Shown: positions 38,174-48,572 of the stretch, one piece after another | Position numbering within the stretch: position 1 is the first letter of the stretch | How the letters are laid out: each line of letters starts with the position of its first letter | NCBI GenBank assembly: GCA_049606855.1 | Contig: JBMYVY010000001.1 | Coordinates: forward strand, 153,114 to 217,113 | Length of the DNA: 64,000 bases | Direction: 5' to 3' | Source of the DNA: Flavobacteriaceae bacterium | Lineage (GTDB): Bacteria > Bacteroidota > Bacteroidia > Flavobacteriales > Flavobacteriaceae | Translations under genes and position numbers: made by a program | The notes under the pieces: model-generated | Told to the model about the DNA's origin: nothing | The model's input: only the letters and a program-made list of their open reading frames with translations | The model's database searches: none

Positions 38174-39352
38174 ATGAAAAAATTATACAAACTAATTTTG
38201 ATACTGCTGATAATCTCCTGTAATTCAGAAAAGGATTTTCAAGAATTAAATCATACCTCTCGTAAACTTGCAGTATCTATAGCAGCAGACAGGATTCAAA
38301 TCGACGAACTCAAAAATGCAAACCTCCTTTCTAGAGAAGCTACTGATGGATTGAAAGTTGAGGGTTATACGATTAGCTTAGCAGATGAAAATAATGATTT
38401 GAGAGAAATTTTTCAGGATATAAACATAAGCTCATCTGACTCTATCATCATAAATGATGTTTATGGTGATTTTGAACTTAAGGTATCTCATCCCACTGAT
38501 TCAAGTGAACTCCCTAGTGCTAGTTATTCCTTGGAAGGTAGTTTCCTTGGGACGTCACAGGATAATTCAATTGAAATTAATTTAGAAAACAATTATTTTG
38601 CTTATATCTATGTTTATTCAGAGAATATTGAGATCAGTTCGGCCAGTTTGAACCAATCTGACATGTTCGAAGATGCAGAGAATAGATTTTATGCTTATGT
38701 AGACACTCGATTTCAGCCTTATAGTTTGAATATTAAGGCTGGTTCTAAAGAAATCACAAAAGCTCTAGATGCTATCGAAGCAAATGTGCAATATGAATTT
38801 AAAGTCAGCAGACAAGCGAACGCACATGTATTAGAAATGATGATTTTCCCCGGATTTGATCAAGGTACAGTAGTCGAAGATTTGGATATTGACCAAGGAG
38901 GAACCATAAACTTACTAGCAAATGGCTCTTTTGAAGCAGCTTGGAATGATGAATTTAGCCCCGTTTTATGGGATCTGGCAGAAGAAGTTTATAAAGACTC
39001 TATCAATGTATCTGATGGAGTATATTCAGCAAAGCATATTGGGGGCACACATAGCTTGGTGCAGATCATTGATGTTATACCTGGGAATTATTATGAAATA
39101 AGCTTTGATTATTTCATTGAATCTGGAGATGGCACAGATGCAAGGTTGTGGGGAAGTTTCACGGATGTAAATGGGCTCAGTATACTAGATATTAGAGGAG
39201 ATAACAGTTATTTGTCAGGGAACATCAATATGTGGAATACCTTTAGCAAAATATTTCAAGCCCCTGAACTGGCTACTCAAATGACGCTAGATTTAAGAGT
39301 TTATAGTGGGGCGACGGTATACTGGGATAATATTTGGGTTAAACAGAAATAA
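38174..39352 (+). CDS. lipoprotein of unknown function with a C-terminal galactose-binding/CBM4_9-like jelly-roll region
   Basis: It has a lipoprotein signal (LLIISC/NSEK). The C-terminal ~150 aa (NGSFEAAW...YYEISFDYF...VYWDNIWV) resemble carbohydrate-binding-module folds. The function is unknown. Confidence 0.5.
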   Translation: MKKLYKLILILLIISCNSEKDFQELNHTSRKLAVSIAADRIQIDELKNANLLSREATDGLKVEGYTISLADENNDLREIFQDINISSSDSIIINDVYGDFELKVSHPTDSSELPSASYSLEGSFLGTSQDNSIEINLENNYFAYIYVYSENIEISSASLNQSDMFEDAENRFYAYVDTRFQPYSLNIKAGSKEITKALDAIEANVQYEFKVSRQANAHVLEMMIFPGFDQGTVVEDLDIDQGGTINLLANGSFEAAWNDEFSPVLWDLAEEVYKDSINVSDGVYSAKHIGGTHSLVQIIDVIPGNYYEISFDYFIESGDGTDARLWGSFTDVNGLSILDIRGDNSYLSGNINMWNTFSKIFQAPELATQMTLDLRVYSGATVYWDNIWVKQK

Positions 39353-39376
39353 AAAAGGCCCCAAGTGGGGCCTTAA
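39351..39376. terminator. intrinsic terminator shared by convergent genes (best for glyA, minus strand)
   Basis: The stem AAGGCCCC / GGGGCCTT (39355-39362 / 39367-39374) has a 4-nt loop. A strong T-run follows on the minus strand. Confidence 0.8.
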
Positions 39377-39381
39377 CTATT

Positions 39382-40656
39382 TTATGCTTGAAATAAAGGA
39401 CGATGCCCCATAAATTCATTTACTTTTTTCGCTACTTCCTCGAGCTTTTCTTCATCTTGATAATTGTTAATAACATCATCAATAAGATCGACAACCTTTT
39501 GCATGTCTTCTTCCACAAGACCTCTAGTTGTAATCGCTGCAGTTCCAATTCTGATCCCTGAAGTGACAAAAGGAGATTTATCATCAAAGGGAACCATGTT
39601 CTTATTAACAGTGATATCAGCCTTTACTAATGCTTGTTCCGCATCCTTTCCAGAAAGGTTCTTATTTCTGAGGTCGATTAACATCATATGATTATCTGTA
39701 CCCCCTGAAATAATATTGTAGTCCTTAGCTACAAATGCATCGGCCATTGCTGAAGCATTCTTCTTTAATTGTACTTGATAATGCAGGAATTCATCGGTCA
39801 ATGCTTCTCCGAAAGCAATTGCTTTGGCTGCAATAACATGTTCTAATGGCCCACCTTGCATTCCTGGGAAAACCGCACCATTAAAAACTGCAGACATTTT
39901 TTTTAATTTCCCGCTCTTTAATTTAATTCCCCAAGGATTATCAAAATCCTTCCCCATCAAAATCAATCCTCCACGAGGACCTCTTAATGTTTTATGTGTA
40001 GTCGTTGTTACAACGTGGCAATGTGGCATTGGGTCATTTAAAATACCCTTTGCAATCAATCCTGATGGATGTGAAATATCCGCCATTAAAAAGGCTCCTA
40101 CTTTATCAGCAATAGCTCTAAAACGTTGAAAATCTATGTCTCTAGAATATGACGAGGCACCAGCAATTATAAGCTTTGGTTTTTCTTCTGTCGCAATGGC
40201 TTCAATTTTGTCATAATCCAAAACTCCAGTTACCTGCTCAACCCCATAAAAACATGTAGCATAAGTTTTTCCGGAAAAATTCACAGGGGATCCATGAGTT
40301 AAATGCCCACCGTGGGATAAATCAAATCCCAAAATCTTATCTCCAGGATTTAAAAGAGCTAAAAACACTGCAGCATTGGCCTGAGATCCTGAATGCGGTT
40401 GAACGTTAGCATATTCAGCTCCAAATAATTCTTTCGCTCTATCGATTGCAATCTGCTCCACTTGATCTACCACTTCACAACCACCGTAATAGCGCTTTCC
40501 TGGATAACCCTCAGCATACTTGTTTGTCAACACAGACCCCATAGCATCCATCACTTGTTGGCTTACAAAATTTTCTGAAGCAATTAGTTCAAGTCCTTCT
40601 AATTGTCTTTCCTTTTCGTCTTCAATTAAATCAAATATAATTTGGTCACGTTTCAT
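39382..40656 (-). CDS. glyA: serine hydroxymethyltransferase
   Basis: The 424-aa product has the canonical SHMT sequence ([18 protein letters not shown]-Lys motif). Confidence 0.97.
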   Translation of the reverse strand: MKRDQIIFDLIEDEKERQLEGLELIASENFVSQQVMDAMGSVLTNKYAEGYPGKRYYGGCEVVDQVEQIAIDRAKELFGAEYANVQPHSGSQANAAVFLALLNPGDKILGFDLSHGGHLTHGSPVNFSGKTYATCFYGVEQVTGVLDYDKIEAIATEEKPKLIIAGASSYSRDIDFQRFRAIADKVGAFLMADISHPSGLIAKGILNDPMPHCHVVTTTTHKTLRGPRGGLILMGKDFDNPWGIKLKSGKLKKMSAVFNGAVFPGMQGGPLEHVIAAKAIAFGEALTDEFLHYQVQLKKNASAMADAFVAKDYNIISGGTDNHMMLIDLRNKNLSGKDAEQALVKADITVNKNMVPFDDKSPFVTSGIRIGTAAITTRGLVEEDMQKVVDLIDDVINNYQDEEKLEEVAKKVNEFMGHRPLFQA

Positions 40657-40803
40657 GATAAAAATGTTTGCTCAAAATTACAATATTTCTTTTGCTAATC
40701 GAATTAAAGTGATGGATTTTCTAAATTCTTATTTTTTCAATAATAAATCATGAATTTGTTTTTTTTCGCTAATTTTATTTGCGAATAATCAAACAACGTA
40801 AAC

Positions 40804-42087
40804 ATGAATATAACAGCAAATGATCCATCAAGGAAATCTTGGATTTCTGTAGATGCTGATAGCGATTTTCCGATTCAAAACATCCCTTTTGGAGTTTTTT
40901 TAACTCGTGAAGACTTAATTACCATTGGAACCCGTATTGGTAATACAGCTATTGATTTAGGAGCCCTTCATCAATTAGGATATTTTGAAGGGATTCCCCT
41001 GACGGATGATATTTTTCTTCAGGACACATTGAATGATTTCATTGCCGACGGACGCAAAACATGGAGAAAGGTGAGAAATCGTATTGCAGAAATTTTTGAT
41101 GTTAACAATAAAGGCTTGCAATCTAACGAAGGACATAAACAAAATGTGCTATTTCATATCGATGAAATTGAGATGTTGATGCCTGTTGATGTAGGTGATT
41201 ACACGGATTTTTATGCCTCAAAAGAACATGCAACTAATGTTGGAACCATGTTTAGAGACCCAGAAAATGCTTTATTGCCGAATTGGTTGCATCTGCCTGT
41301 AGGTTACCACGGTCGTTCGTCTTCTATTCAAGTATCAGGAACTCCGTCAATAAGGCCGAGCGGTCAAACAATTCCAGCAGGCTCCGAAAACCCAGTATTT
41401 GGGAAAAGTAAATTGGTCGACTTTGAATTGGAAATGGCTTTTATTTGTTCTGACGCAAATCATTTAGGAGAACCAGTATCTGTATCTGATGCAAGAGAAG
41501 AAATTTTTGGCATGGTACTTTTAAACGATTGGAGCGCAAGAGATATCCAAAAATGGGAATACGTGCCTTTGGGCCCATTCTTAGCAAAGAACTTTTCTTC
41601 TACAGTTTCTCCTTGGATTGTGACACTAGATGCGCTTAAACCATTCAAAACGAAGGCACCCGAGCAAAATCCAGAACCGCTACCCTATTTAACTGGAAAA
41701 GGAGCTCGTAGAACTTATGATATCAACCTTTCTGTAGCAATTAAGCCCGAAAATTGTAAAGAGACCATCGTAAGTACGAGTAACTTTAAATATCTGTATT
41801 GGTCAATGAATCAAATGTTGGCACATCATACCGTGAATGGATGTAATGTAAGAGCTGGAGATATGATGGGCTCCGGAACTATTTCTGGACCAAAACCTGA
41901 GAACTACGGTTCTATGTTAGAGCTCACATGGAAAGGTTCAAAACCTCTAAAAATGGCCGATGGTAGTGAGCGTAAATTCATCAATGATGGAGATACGGTG
42001 ATTCTAAGAGGATATTGCTCAAATGATCAAATTAGAATTGGATTTGGAGAATGTAGTTCAAAACTAGTGGATCATATTAATCACTAG
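40804..42087 (+). CDS. fahA: fumarylacetoacetase
   Basis: The 427-aa product has an N-terminal FAA-hydrolase domain (FPIQNIPFGVF) and a C-terminal FAH fold (DFELEMAF, LLNDWSARDIQ). Confidence 0.9.
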   Translation: MNITANDPSRKSWISVDADSDFPIQNIPFGVFLTREDLITIGTRIGNTAIDLGALHQLGYFEGIPLTDDIFLQDTLNDFIADGRKTWRKVRNRIAEIFDVNNKGLQSNEGHKQNVLFHIDEIEMLMPVDVGDYTDFYASKEHATNVGTMFRDPENALLPNWLHLPVGYHGRSSSIQVSGTPSIRPSGQTIPAGSENPVFGKSKLVDFELEMAFICSDANHLGEPVSVSDAREEIFGMVLLNDWSARDIQKWEYVPLGPFLAKNFSSTVSPWIVTLDALKPFKTKAPEQNPEPLPYLTGKGARRTYDINLSVAIKPENCKETIVSTSNFKYLYWSMNQMLAHHTVNGCNVRAGDMMGSGTISGPKPENYGSMLELTWKGSKPLKMADGSERKFINDGDTVILRGYCSNDQIRIGFGECSSKLVDHINH

Positions 42088-42383
42088 AGTCCAATTTTGT
42101 GATGAGATTGACTTTTTACTACTTTCCCATCCTTAAAATATATAAGCTGAGGAGATTCGTGTTTCACATCGAACTCTTCAGCTATTTTATTGGATAAATC
42201 CCTATGAGATAAAATATCTAAATAAAAGTAAGGCCTGTCTCCTACTTCACGCTCAAAGTTTCTCAAAGCCATTTTGCTAATTCCACATCGAGTAGAATGT
42301 TTAAATAGCAAAACCTCTTCTTGATTTGATTGATTTAATACTTCTTGTAGATCCGTATTGGATTTAATTTCACTTTTCTTCAT
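42084..42383 (-). CDS. ytxJ: YtxJ-like monothiol thioredoxin-fold protein (DUF2847, bacillithiol system)
   Basis: The 99-aa product has a single-Cys motif (STRCGIS) in thioredoxin-fold context, as in YtxJ (TCPIS-type). Confidence 0.7.
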   Translation of the reverse strand: MKKSEIKSNTDLQEVLNQSNQEEVLLFKHSTRCGISKMALRNFEREVGDRPYFYLDILSHRDLSNKIAEEFDVKHESPQLIYFKDGKVVKSQSHHKIGL

Positions 42384-42505
42384 GCCTCAAAGGTAAATAT
42401 GTCAGATTTATTGTGCAAATAAAGACAAAAAGACATCTAAAGCCTTGATAAACAGTCATTATGTCTTGTTTTATGATTTGGAATACTAATTGACTTATGT
42501 GAAGC

Positions 42506-45094
42506 ATGAACATGAATAAATTTACAATAAAATCTCAAGAGGCTTTACAACAAGCCCAGCAATTGACTCAGGAATTGGGTCAACAGCAAATTGAAATACC
42601 ACACATTGCAAAGGCTATTTTAATGGTCGATGAGAATGTGAGTCCATTTATATTAAAAAAATTAGGAATCAACGTACAGACTTTTACTTCTATCGTTGAT
42701 CAAATGATGCAATCTTTCTCCAAAGTTTCGGGCGGTGAAATACAAGTATCTCGAGCAGCATCCAAAGTATTAAGTGATGCCTTAAGTATAGCCCAAAAGA
42801 TGAAAGATGAATATGTATCCATAGAACATTTATGGTTAGCCATTTTGGATTCTTCTGATGGAGTAGCCCAAGCTTTAAAAGATCAAGGAGTATCTAAGAA
42901 AAGTCTTGAATCGGCTATTATGGAAATTAGAAATGGTTCAAATGTAAACTCCCAAAGTGCCGAAGAAACCTATAATTCTTTGAGTAAGTATGCAAAAAAC
43001 TTAAATCAATTGGCTTCCGATGGTAAATTGGACCCCGTAATTGGTCGCGATGAAGAAATTCGGAGAATTCTTCAAATATTATCTAGAAGAACTAAAAATA
43101 ATCCAATGCTTATTGGAGAACCTGGTGTTGGTAAAACAGCCATAGCAGAAGGTTTAGCTCATAGAATTGTAAAGGGTGACGTTCCTGAAAACTTAAAGGA
43201 CAAATTGGTGTACTCATTAGACATGGGAGCATTGATTGCAGGGGCTAAATACAAAGGTGAATTTGAGGAACGCTTAAAATCAGTGGTGAAAGAAGTAACG
43301 AGTGCCGAAGGTGATATCGTTCTTTTCATCGACGAAATACATACTCTTGTGGGTGCAGGAGGTGGCGAAGGCGCTATGGATGCTGCAAACATTCTTAAGC
43401 CAGCTTTAGCTCGAGGTGAACTCCGATCTATTGGAGCGACAACACTTGATGAATATCAGAAATACTTTGAAAAGGACAAGGCTTTGGAACGACGTTTTCA
43501 AAAGGTTCAAGTCGATGAACCAGATACGGAGAGTGCAATCTCGATCCTTAGAGGGATAAAAGACAAATACGAGACGCATCACAAGGTGAGAATTAAAGAC
43601 GAAGCAATTATAGCAGCAGTAGAATTGTCTCAAAGATATATTACAAATCGATTTTTGCCAGACAAAGCCATCGATTTAATGGATGAATCTGCATCGAAAA
43701 TAAGAATGGAAATCAATTCTAAACCTGAGGAACTCGATGTTTTAGATCGAAAAGTAATGCAGCTAGAAATCGAAATAGAGGCCATCAAACGTGAAAAAGA
43801 TGAGAAAAAGCTCAAGCTTCTTAAAGAAGAATTGGCTAATATTCGGGAGCAACGTGATGAAATTTACACAAAGTGGAAAACTGAAAAGTCTGCTATCGAT
43901 GATGTTCAAAAGGTAAAGGAAGAAATTGATAACTTAAAAAATCAAGCCGAAAAAGCGGAACGAGAGGGTAACTTTGCCTTGGTTGCTGAGTTGAGATATG
44001 GTAAGATAAAAGACAGTCAAGAACAATTAGCGGAATTGGAAGCTCAAGTTAAAGAAAATGAGGGCACCGCTTTAGTTAAGGAAGAGATTACAGCTGAAGA
44101 TATTGCAGAAGTTGTTGCAAAATGGACAGGAGTACCCGTACAAAAAATGCTTGAAGGTGAACGACAAAAATTATTGAATCTTGAAAACGTGCTCCATGAA
44201 AACGTGATTGGACAGCAAGAAGCTATTGAAGCCGTGTCTGATGCAGTAAGACGTTCAAGGGCAGGTTTACAGGATGTGAATAAGCCAATTGGTTCATTTC
44301 TGTTTTTGGGGACAACAGGTGTTGGTAAAACAGAACTTGCAAAAGCTCTTGCTTCTTACCTATTTAATGATGAGAGCGCAATGACTCGTATAGATATGAG
44401 TGAATATGGGGAGAAACATGCCGTGAGTAGATTAGTTGGAGCCCCTCCAGGGTACGTAGGTTATGATGAAGGTGGCCAACTTACTGAAGCAGTGCGACGT
44501 AAACCTTATTCGGTTGTTCTACTTGATGAAATTGAAAAGGCTCATCCTGATACTTTTAATATTTTGTTACAAGTATTAGATGAAGGAAGGCTAACGGATA
44601 ATAAGGGGCGAGTTGCAGACTTTAAGAACACTATTATTATTATGACTTCAAATATGGGATCTCATTTGATTCAAGAAAAGTTTGAAGCGGCAAAGAATAA
44701 TAATCGAAGTGAAATCATGGAAGATGCAAAAAGTGGAGTCCTAGATTTACTTAAAGGAACTGTACGTCCTGAATTTTTGAATAGAATTGATGAGATAATT
44801 ATGTTTACTCCGTTGAATCAAGAAGAGATTAAAGATATTGTCAAGGTTCAATTGAAATCAGTAATTAAGAGACTCTCGGGACAAGAAATAAAAATTGAAT
44901 TCACTTCCGAAGCCATTAACCATATTGCTAAGGACGGATTTGATCCTCAATTTGGCGCTAGACCAGTAAAACGGGTTATTCAAAGACAGGTGTTGAATCA
45001 ATTATCTAAAGAAATTCTCTCAGGGACTATTCATGCTGAATCAAGTATTCTCGTAGATTGCTTTGAAGATGAGCTAGTTTTCAGAAATAGTTAA
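42506..45094 (+). CDS. clpB: ATP-dependent chaperone ClpB
   Basis: The 862-aa product has a Clp_N domain, two AAA+ modules (GEPGVGKT...DEIH; GTTGVGKT...DEIEKAH) and a long middle coiled coil. Confidence 0.97.
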   Translation: MNMNKFTIKSQEALQQAQQLTQELGQQQIEIPHIAKAILMVDENVSPFILKKLGINVQTFTSIVDQMMQSFSKVSGGEIQVSRAASKVLSDALSIAQKMKDEYVSIEHLWLAILDSSDGVAQALKDQGVSKKSLESAIMEIRNGSNVNSQSAEETYNSLSKYAKNLNQLASDGKLDPVIGRDEEIRRILQILSRRTKNNPMLIGEPGVGKTAIAEGLAHRIVKGDVPENLKDKLVYSLDMGALIAGAKYKGEFEERLKSVVKEVTSAEGDIVLFIDEIHTLVGAGGGEGAMDAANILKPALARGELRSIGATTLDEYQKYFEKDKALERRFQKVQVDEPDTESAISILRGIKDKYETHHKVRIKDEAIIAAVELSQRYITNRFLPDKAIDLMDESASKIRMEINSKPEELDVLDRKVMQLEIEIEAIKREKDEKKLKLLKEELANIREQRDEIYTKWKTEKSAIDDVQKVKEEIDNLKNQAEKAEREGNFALVAELRYGKIKDSQEQLAELEAQVKENEGTALVKEEITAEDIAEVVAKWTGVPVQKMLEGERQKLLNLENVLHENVIGQQEAIEAVSDAVRRSRAGLQDVNKPIGSFLFLGTTGVGKTELAKALASYLFNDESAMTRIDMSEYGEKHAVSRLVGAPPGYVGYDEGGQLTEAVRRKPYSVVLLDEIEKAHPDTFNILLQVLDEGRLTDNKGRVADFKNTIIIMTSNMGSHLIQEKFEAAKNNNRSEIMEDAKSGVLDLLKGTVRPEFLNRIDEIIMFTPLNQEEIKDIVKVQLKSVIKRLSGQEIKIEFTSEAINHIAKDGFDPQFGARPVKRVIQRQVLNQLSKEILSGTIHAESSILVDCFEDELVFRNS

Positions 45095-45096
45095 TA

Positions 45097-45124
45097 AAGG
45101 CCTCCCTTGGGAGGTTTTTTATTT
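45097..45124 (+). terminator. intrinsic terminator after clpB
   Basis: The stem CCTCC / GGAGG (45101-45105 / 45110-45114) has a CTTG loop and is followed by a T-run. Confidence 0.7.
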
Positions 45125-45185
45125 TACAATATTATCAGATCTGTTCAAATCTTAAGTTCTTCAATTCTGATCTTTTGAAAGGTGT

Positions 45186-45193
45186 TATATTTG
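45186..45193 (+). promoter_or_regulatory. possible -7 box (TATATTTG) for dapD
   Basis: It is an exact TAnnTTTG motif 21 nt upstream of ATG 45215, and it sits inside the longer GTG-45182 ORF. No clean -33 TTG is present. Confidence 0.35.
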
Positions 45194-45214
45194 CCTTTAA
45201 ATAAAATCATAAAA

Positions 45215-46270
45215 ATGAAAGCGATAGGAATTGGAATTAGAAGAACAAGAGAGAGTAAGACCCTCGATGTTTTATATCCTCATATATATTTTGACCAGAC
45301 CACAATATTTGAGCAGTTAAATAATTCTTTTGGCATTAACTCTACTGGTTTTTTTAAAGTTAATCACGTAAAGTTGATAGAATTTATTGGTCAGCAAAAC
45401 CTTACAGAGTGTTTAGATTTCGTTCACCCTGTGTTAAACACCCATCACTATTATAAACAGGATATAGGGATTTTTGCGCTGTCCTCTTTAGAGGATGAAA
45501 TTCAGGGTGTTGAAGATGCTTATTTTAGACTACAGTGTTTATCTCAATTACACGTCAAGCCTCATGGAATAAAGTTAGACGGCATTTTTGGGGTTTTAAA
45601 CAATATTGCTTGGTCAAATCAAGGCCCTATTTTAGTCGAAGACCTTTCAAAGGAACAAACCAGAGCGAGATTGAATGCTCAAAATTTGAATGTAAGTCAT
45701 GTTGATAAATTCCCATATATGGTAGATTACCACATTCCTAAGGGAGTTCGTGTCGTTTCAGGATCTCAAGTGAGACTTGGCGCTCACTTAGCAACTGGAA
45801 CAACTGTAATGCCTGCAGGATATGTTAATTTTAATGCAGGTACGCTTGGAAACGCTATGATTGAAGGAAGAGTTTCAGCTGGTGTTGTGGTTGGAAACAA
45901 TACGGATGTCGGAGGCGGTGCCTCAATTATGGGTACCTTGTCTGGAGGAAACAAGAATATAATTTCCATTGGAGAGGAATGTCTTTTAGGCGCTAATGCA
46001 GGAACAGGGATCTCATTAGGATTTGGATGTACTATAGCTGCGGGAGTTTATGTCACAGCTGCGGCCAAAATCTGGCTTTATAACGAAAACAAAGAGGCCA
46101 TTGATATTGATGGTAATAGAGTTGAAGAAGGTGAAAACATCGTTAAAGGTGCGGAGTTAAATGGAAAGGAAAAGTTATTATTTTTATTAGATAGCACAAA
46201 CGGTCACATTACCTGTCGACCGAACCCTAAAACAATTGAATTAAATCATAGCCTTCACCAAAATGACTAA
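45215..46270 (+). CDS. dapD: 2,3,4,5-tetrahydropyridine-2,6-dicarboxylate N-succinyltransferase (long Pseudomonas-type form)
   Basis: It closely resembles long-form DapD (VDKFPYMVDYHIPKGVRV, GTTVMPAGYVNFNAGT, IEGRVSAGVVVG, GGGASIMGTLSGG) and has left-handed beta-helix hexapeptide repeats. Confidence 0.85.
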   Translation: MKAIGIGIRRTRESKTLDVLYPHIYFDQTTIFEQLNNSFGINSTGFFKVNHVKLIEFIGQQNLTECLDFVHPVLNTHHYYKQDIGIFALSSLEDEIQGVEDAYFRLQCLSQLHVKPHGIKLDGIFGVLNNIAWSNQGPILVEDLSKEQTRARLNAQNLNVSHVDKFPYMVDYHIPKGVRVVSGSQVRLGAHLATGTTVMPAGYVNFNAGTLGNAMIEGRVSAGVVVGNNTDVGGGASIMGTLSGGNKNIISIGEECLLGANAGTGISLGFGCTIAAGVYVTAAAKIWLYNENKEAIDIDGNRVEEGENIVKGAELNGKEKLLFLLDSTNGHITCRPNPKTIELNHSLHQND

Positions 46271-46751
46271 AATATTATCGAGTTCAACACGCATTAGATT
46301 TCAGGATTGTGATCCATTTAATCACTTAAATAATGGGCGTTATATTGATTATTTTATCAATGCTCGGGAAGATCACTTAATGGAATATTACGATCTCAAT
46401 TTATTTGATTTGGTAAAGAAAGAAGGGATTGGATGGGTAGTGTCCAGTTCAAAACTCTCTTTTATAAGACCTGTTTTTACTATGGAACACGTAAAAATAG
46501 AATCTCAAATTATTGAATTTGGTAGAAATCATACTTTAGTTGAGCTTAGAATGTTTAGCGAAGAGGATGGTTTAATTAAGAGTTTTGCATGGATAAATTT
46601 CGTGCATTTTAACCTCAAGACGAATAAAGTAAGTGCCCATCAGGAGCGGTTTATGGATTTATTTGAACAGATAAATCTCCCTGTGGAGCAATCTAATTTT
46701 GATGATAGAGAAGTGTTCTTTAGACAAGAATTAAGAAAACAAACTAAATAA
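46263..46751 (+). CDS. acyl-CoA thioesterase (hotdog fold, 4HBT/YbgC-like)
   Basis: The 162-aa product has an N-terminal motif (IRFQDCDPFNHLNNGRY) typical of 4HBT thioesterases. It overlaps dapD by 8 nt. Confidence 0.7.
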   Translation: MTKILSSSTRIRFQDCDPFNHLNNGRYIDYFINAREDHLMEYYDLNLFDLVKKEGIGWVVSSSKLSFIRPVFTMEHVKIESQIIEFGRNHTLVELRMFSEEDGLIKSFAWINFVHFNLKTNKVSAHQERFMDLFEQINLPVEQSNFDDREVFFRQELRKQTK

Positions 46752-46752
46752 T

Positions 46753-48537
46753 ATGAAAACAACTAAATGGCTTTTAGCCTTTACATTGATGATCCTCATA
46801 CAATCCTGTGGGGTAAAACAGAATCAACCTAGTTTTGAACAGGTGTATACTGTTGATTTAAATGATCGTGCGGATGATAAGTTTAATGTAGTTTTAGAGG
46901 TTCAAGGGCTCAAACCGACAGATAGCATTTTTCAATTTGCTTCGACGGCGCCAGGAACCTATCAAGTAATGAACATTGGAAGATATGTTAGTGATTTTAA
47001 AGCATTTGACGCTGCAGGTAATTTAATTGATGTCGAGGCTATTAATGTAAATCAATATCAACTTTCTAAGCCAAATAATATCAGTAAAATTACCTATAAA
47101 GTTGCTGAAACATGGGATACACCTGTTGAAGAATACGAAATTTATGCAATGTGTGGAACAAGCATTGAAAAGGATCACGTTCTTATTAATGGACAAGGCG
47201 TATTTGGTTATTTTCACGGACATCAGTCCTCTCCTATTAAAATTGAGCTAGAATATCCAGAATCATGGTTGGTAGGTACGGCTATGAGTAAAAATGATGA
47301 GAATCAATATTTGGCTTTGACCTACGATTATTTGGTTGACTCACCAATCCTTATGGGTAATTTGACAAGAGCTTCTAAAATGGTTGAACAAACAGAAGTT
47401 GAAGTTTATACCTATTCAAAAATAGGGATGATCAATTCGGAGGAAGTATTGACTGACATGAATGATATGCTTTTTGCAGCATCTAAATTCGTAAACGGGC
47501 TTCCTGTGGATCGTTACACTTTTCTTTATCTGTTTGAAGACAGAACAGCTGGAGCATGGGAACACTCTTACAGTTCAGAATATATTTATAAGGAGGGTCC
47601 TTGGGATAAAATTGGTCAAGGAGTTGTAGAAACAGCTGCTCATGAGTTTTTCCACGTGATAACTCCTTTGAACATTCATTCGGAAATTATTCAGGCATTT
47701 AATTTTGTTACTCCGATTCCATCTCAACATTTATGGTTGTATGAAGGAACTACGGAATGGGCTTCACACATGATGTTATTGCAAGATAATTTGACCAGTC
47801 TAGATGATTATTTAGAAATGCTTCACAGCAAGGTTGTTACCGATAAAAGCTTTTATAGAACGGATTATTCATTAGTTGATTTAGCTTTGAATTCTTACAC
47901 TAAGGATGGACAAAGCCAATATGGGAATATTTACATGCGTGGTGCATTAGTGGCTGGTCTTTTAGACCTTCAGCTTTTAGAATTGAGTAGCGGTGAAATG
48001 GGCTTAAGAGATCTTGTGAACCAGTTGGCCCAAAAATACGGTCCAAACCGTCCATTTAGTGAACAAGCATTCTTTGATGAAATTACAGCCATGACCTATC
48101 CGGAAATTGGGGATTTTGTAACGAATTATATTATACAAGCAAAACCGTTACCATACCAGGAATTATACGCTACCATTGGAGTAGACTATCAAGCGGCTTT
48201 GGTAAAAGAAAATGAATCCAGTTTAAATTTGGCGCTATATCCCGTTCCCCAAGGACTTTACGTTATCCAAGATAAGGGTGAATTAAAGCGAGGTGATTTT
48301 ATTAGAAAAATAAACTCAATAGATGTTAATGGGAGTAACTTTAAAGAATTCATGAGTGATTTTAAAGCATTAGAAATAGGTGCCGAGGTTTCTGTTGAAT
48401 TTTATAGAGGAAGTAGTCCAATGACGGCGACTCTCAAAACAGAGTCCCTAATACTAAAAGATGAATTTACTCTTTATCCTAATCCAAGTGATGAACAACT
48501 TGAAAGACGAAAGGTCTGGATGAGTTCTAGGAATTAA
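46753..48537 (+). CDS. M61 family glycyl aminopeptidase-like metallopeptidase with C-terminal PDZ
   Basis: It has a lipoprotein-type signal (ILIQSC), the HEFFHV zinc motif with a downstream EGTTEW, and a PDZ-like C-terminus. Confidence 0.8.
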   Translation: MKTTKWLLAFTLMILIQSCGVKQNQPSFEQVYTVDLNDRADDKFNVVLEVQGLKPTDSIFQFASTAPGTYQVMNIGRYVSDFKAFDAAGNLIDVEAINVNQYQLSKPNNISKITYKVAETWDTPVEEYEIYAMCGTSIEKDHVLINGQGVFGYFHGHQSSPIKIELEYPESWLVGTAMSKNDENQYLALTYDYLVDSPILMGNLTRASKMVEQTEVEVYTYSKIGMINSEEVLTDMNDMLFAASKFVNGLPVDRYTFLYLFEDRTAGAWEHSYSSEYIYKEGPWDKIGQGVVETAAHEFFHVITPLNIHSEIIQAFNFVTPIPSQHLWLYEGTTEWASHMMLLQDNLTSLDDYLEMLHSKVVTDKSFYRTDYSLVDLALNSYTKDGQSQYGNIYMRGALVAGLLDLQLLELSSGEMGLRDLVNQLAQKYGPNRPFSEQAFFDEITAMTYPEIGDFVTNYIIQAKPLPYQELYATIGVDYQAALVKENESSLNLALYPVPQGLYVIQDKGELKRGDFIRKINSIDVNGSNFKEFMSDFKALEIGAEVSVEFYRGSSPMTATLKTESLILKDEFTLYPNPSDEQLERRKVWMSSRN

Positions 48538-48570
48538 AAAAAAGCCTCTTCGTTATGAAGAGGCTTTTTT
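48536..48570. terminator. bidirectional intrinsic terminator between the M61 peptidase and aconitase genes
   Basis: The stem GCCTCTTC / GAAGAGGC (48544-48551 / 48557-48564) is flanked by an A-run and a T-run. Confidence 0.9.
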
Positions 48571-48572
48571 AT

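Noticed and set aside
42084-42087. Convergent genes sharing or abutting stop codons: CTAG shared by fahA and ytxJ, a 17-nt overlap at 23849-23865, and back-to-back stops at 7536-7541.
   Set aside because: These are consistent with generally tight packing of this genome. There is no evidence of a regulatory role beyond possible transcriptional interference.
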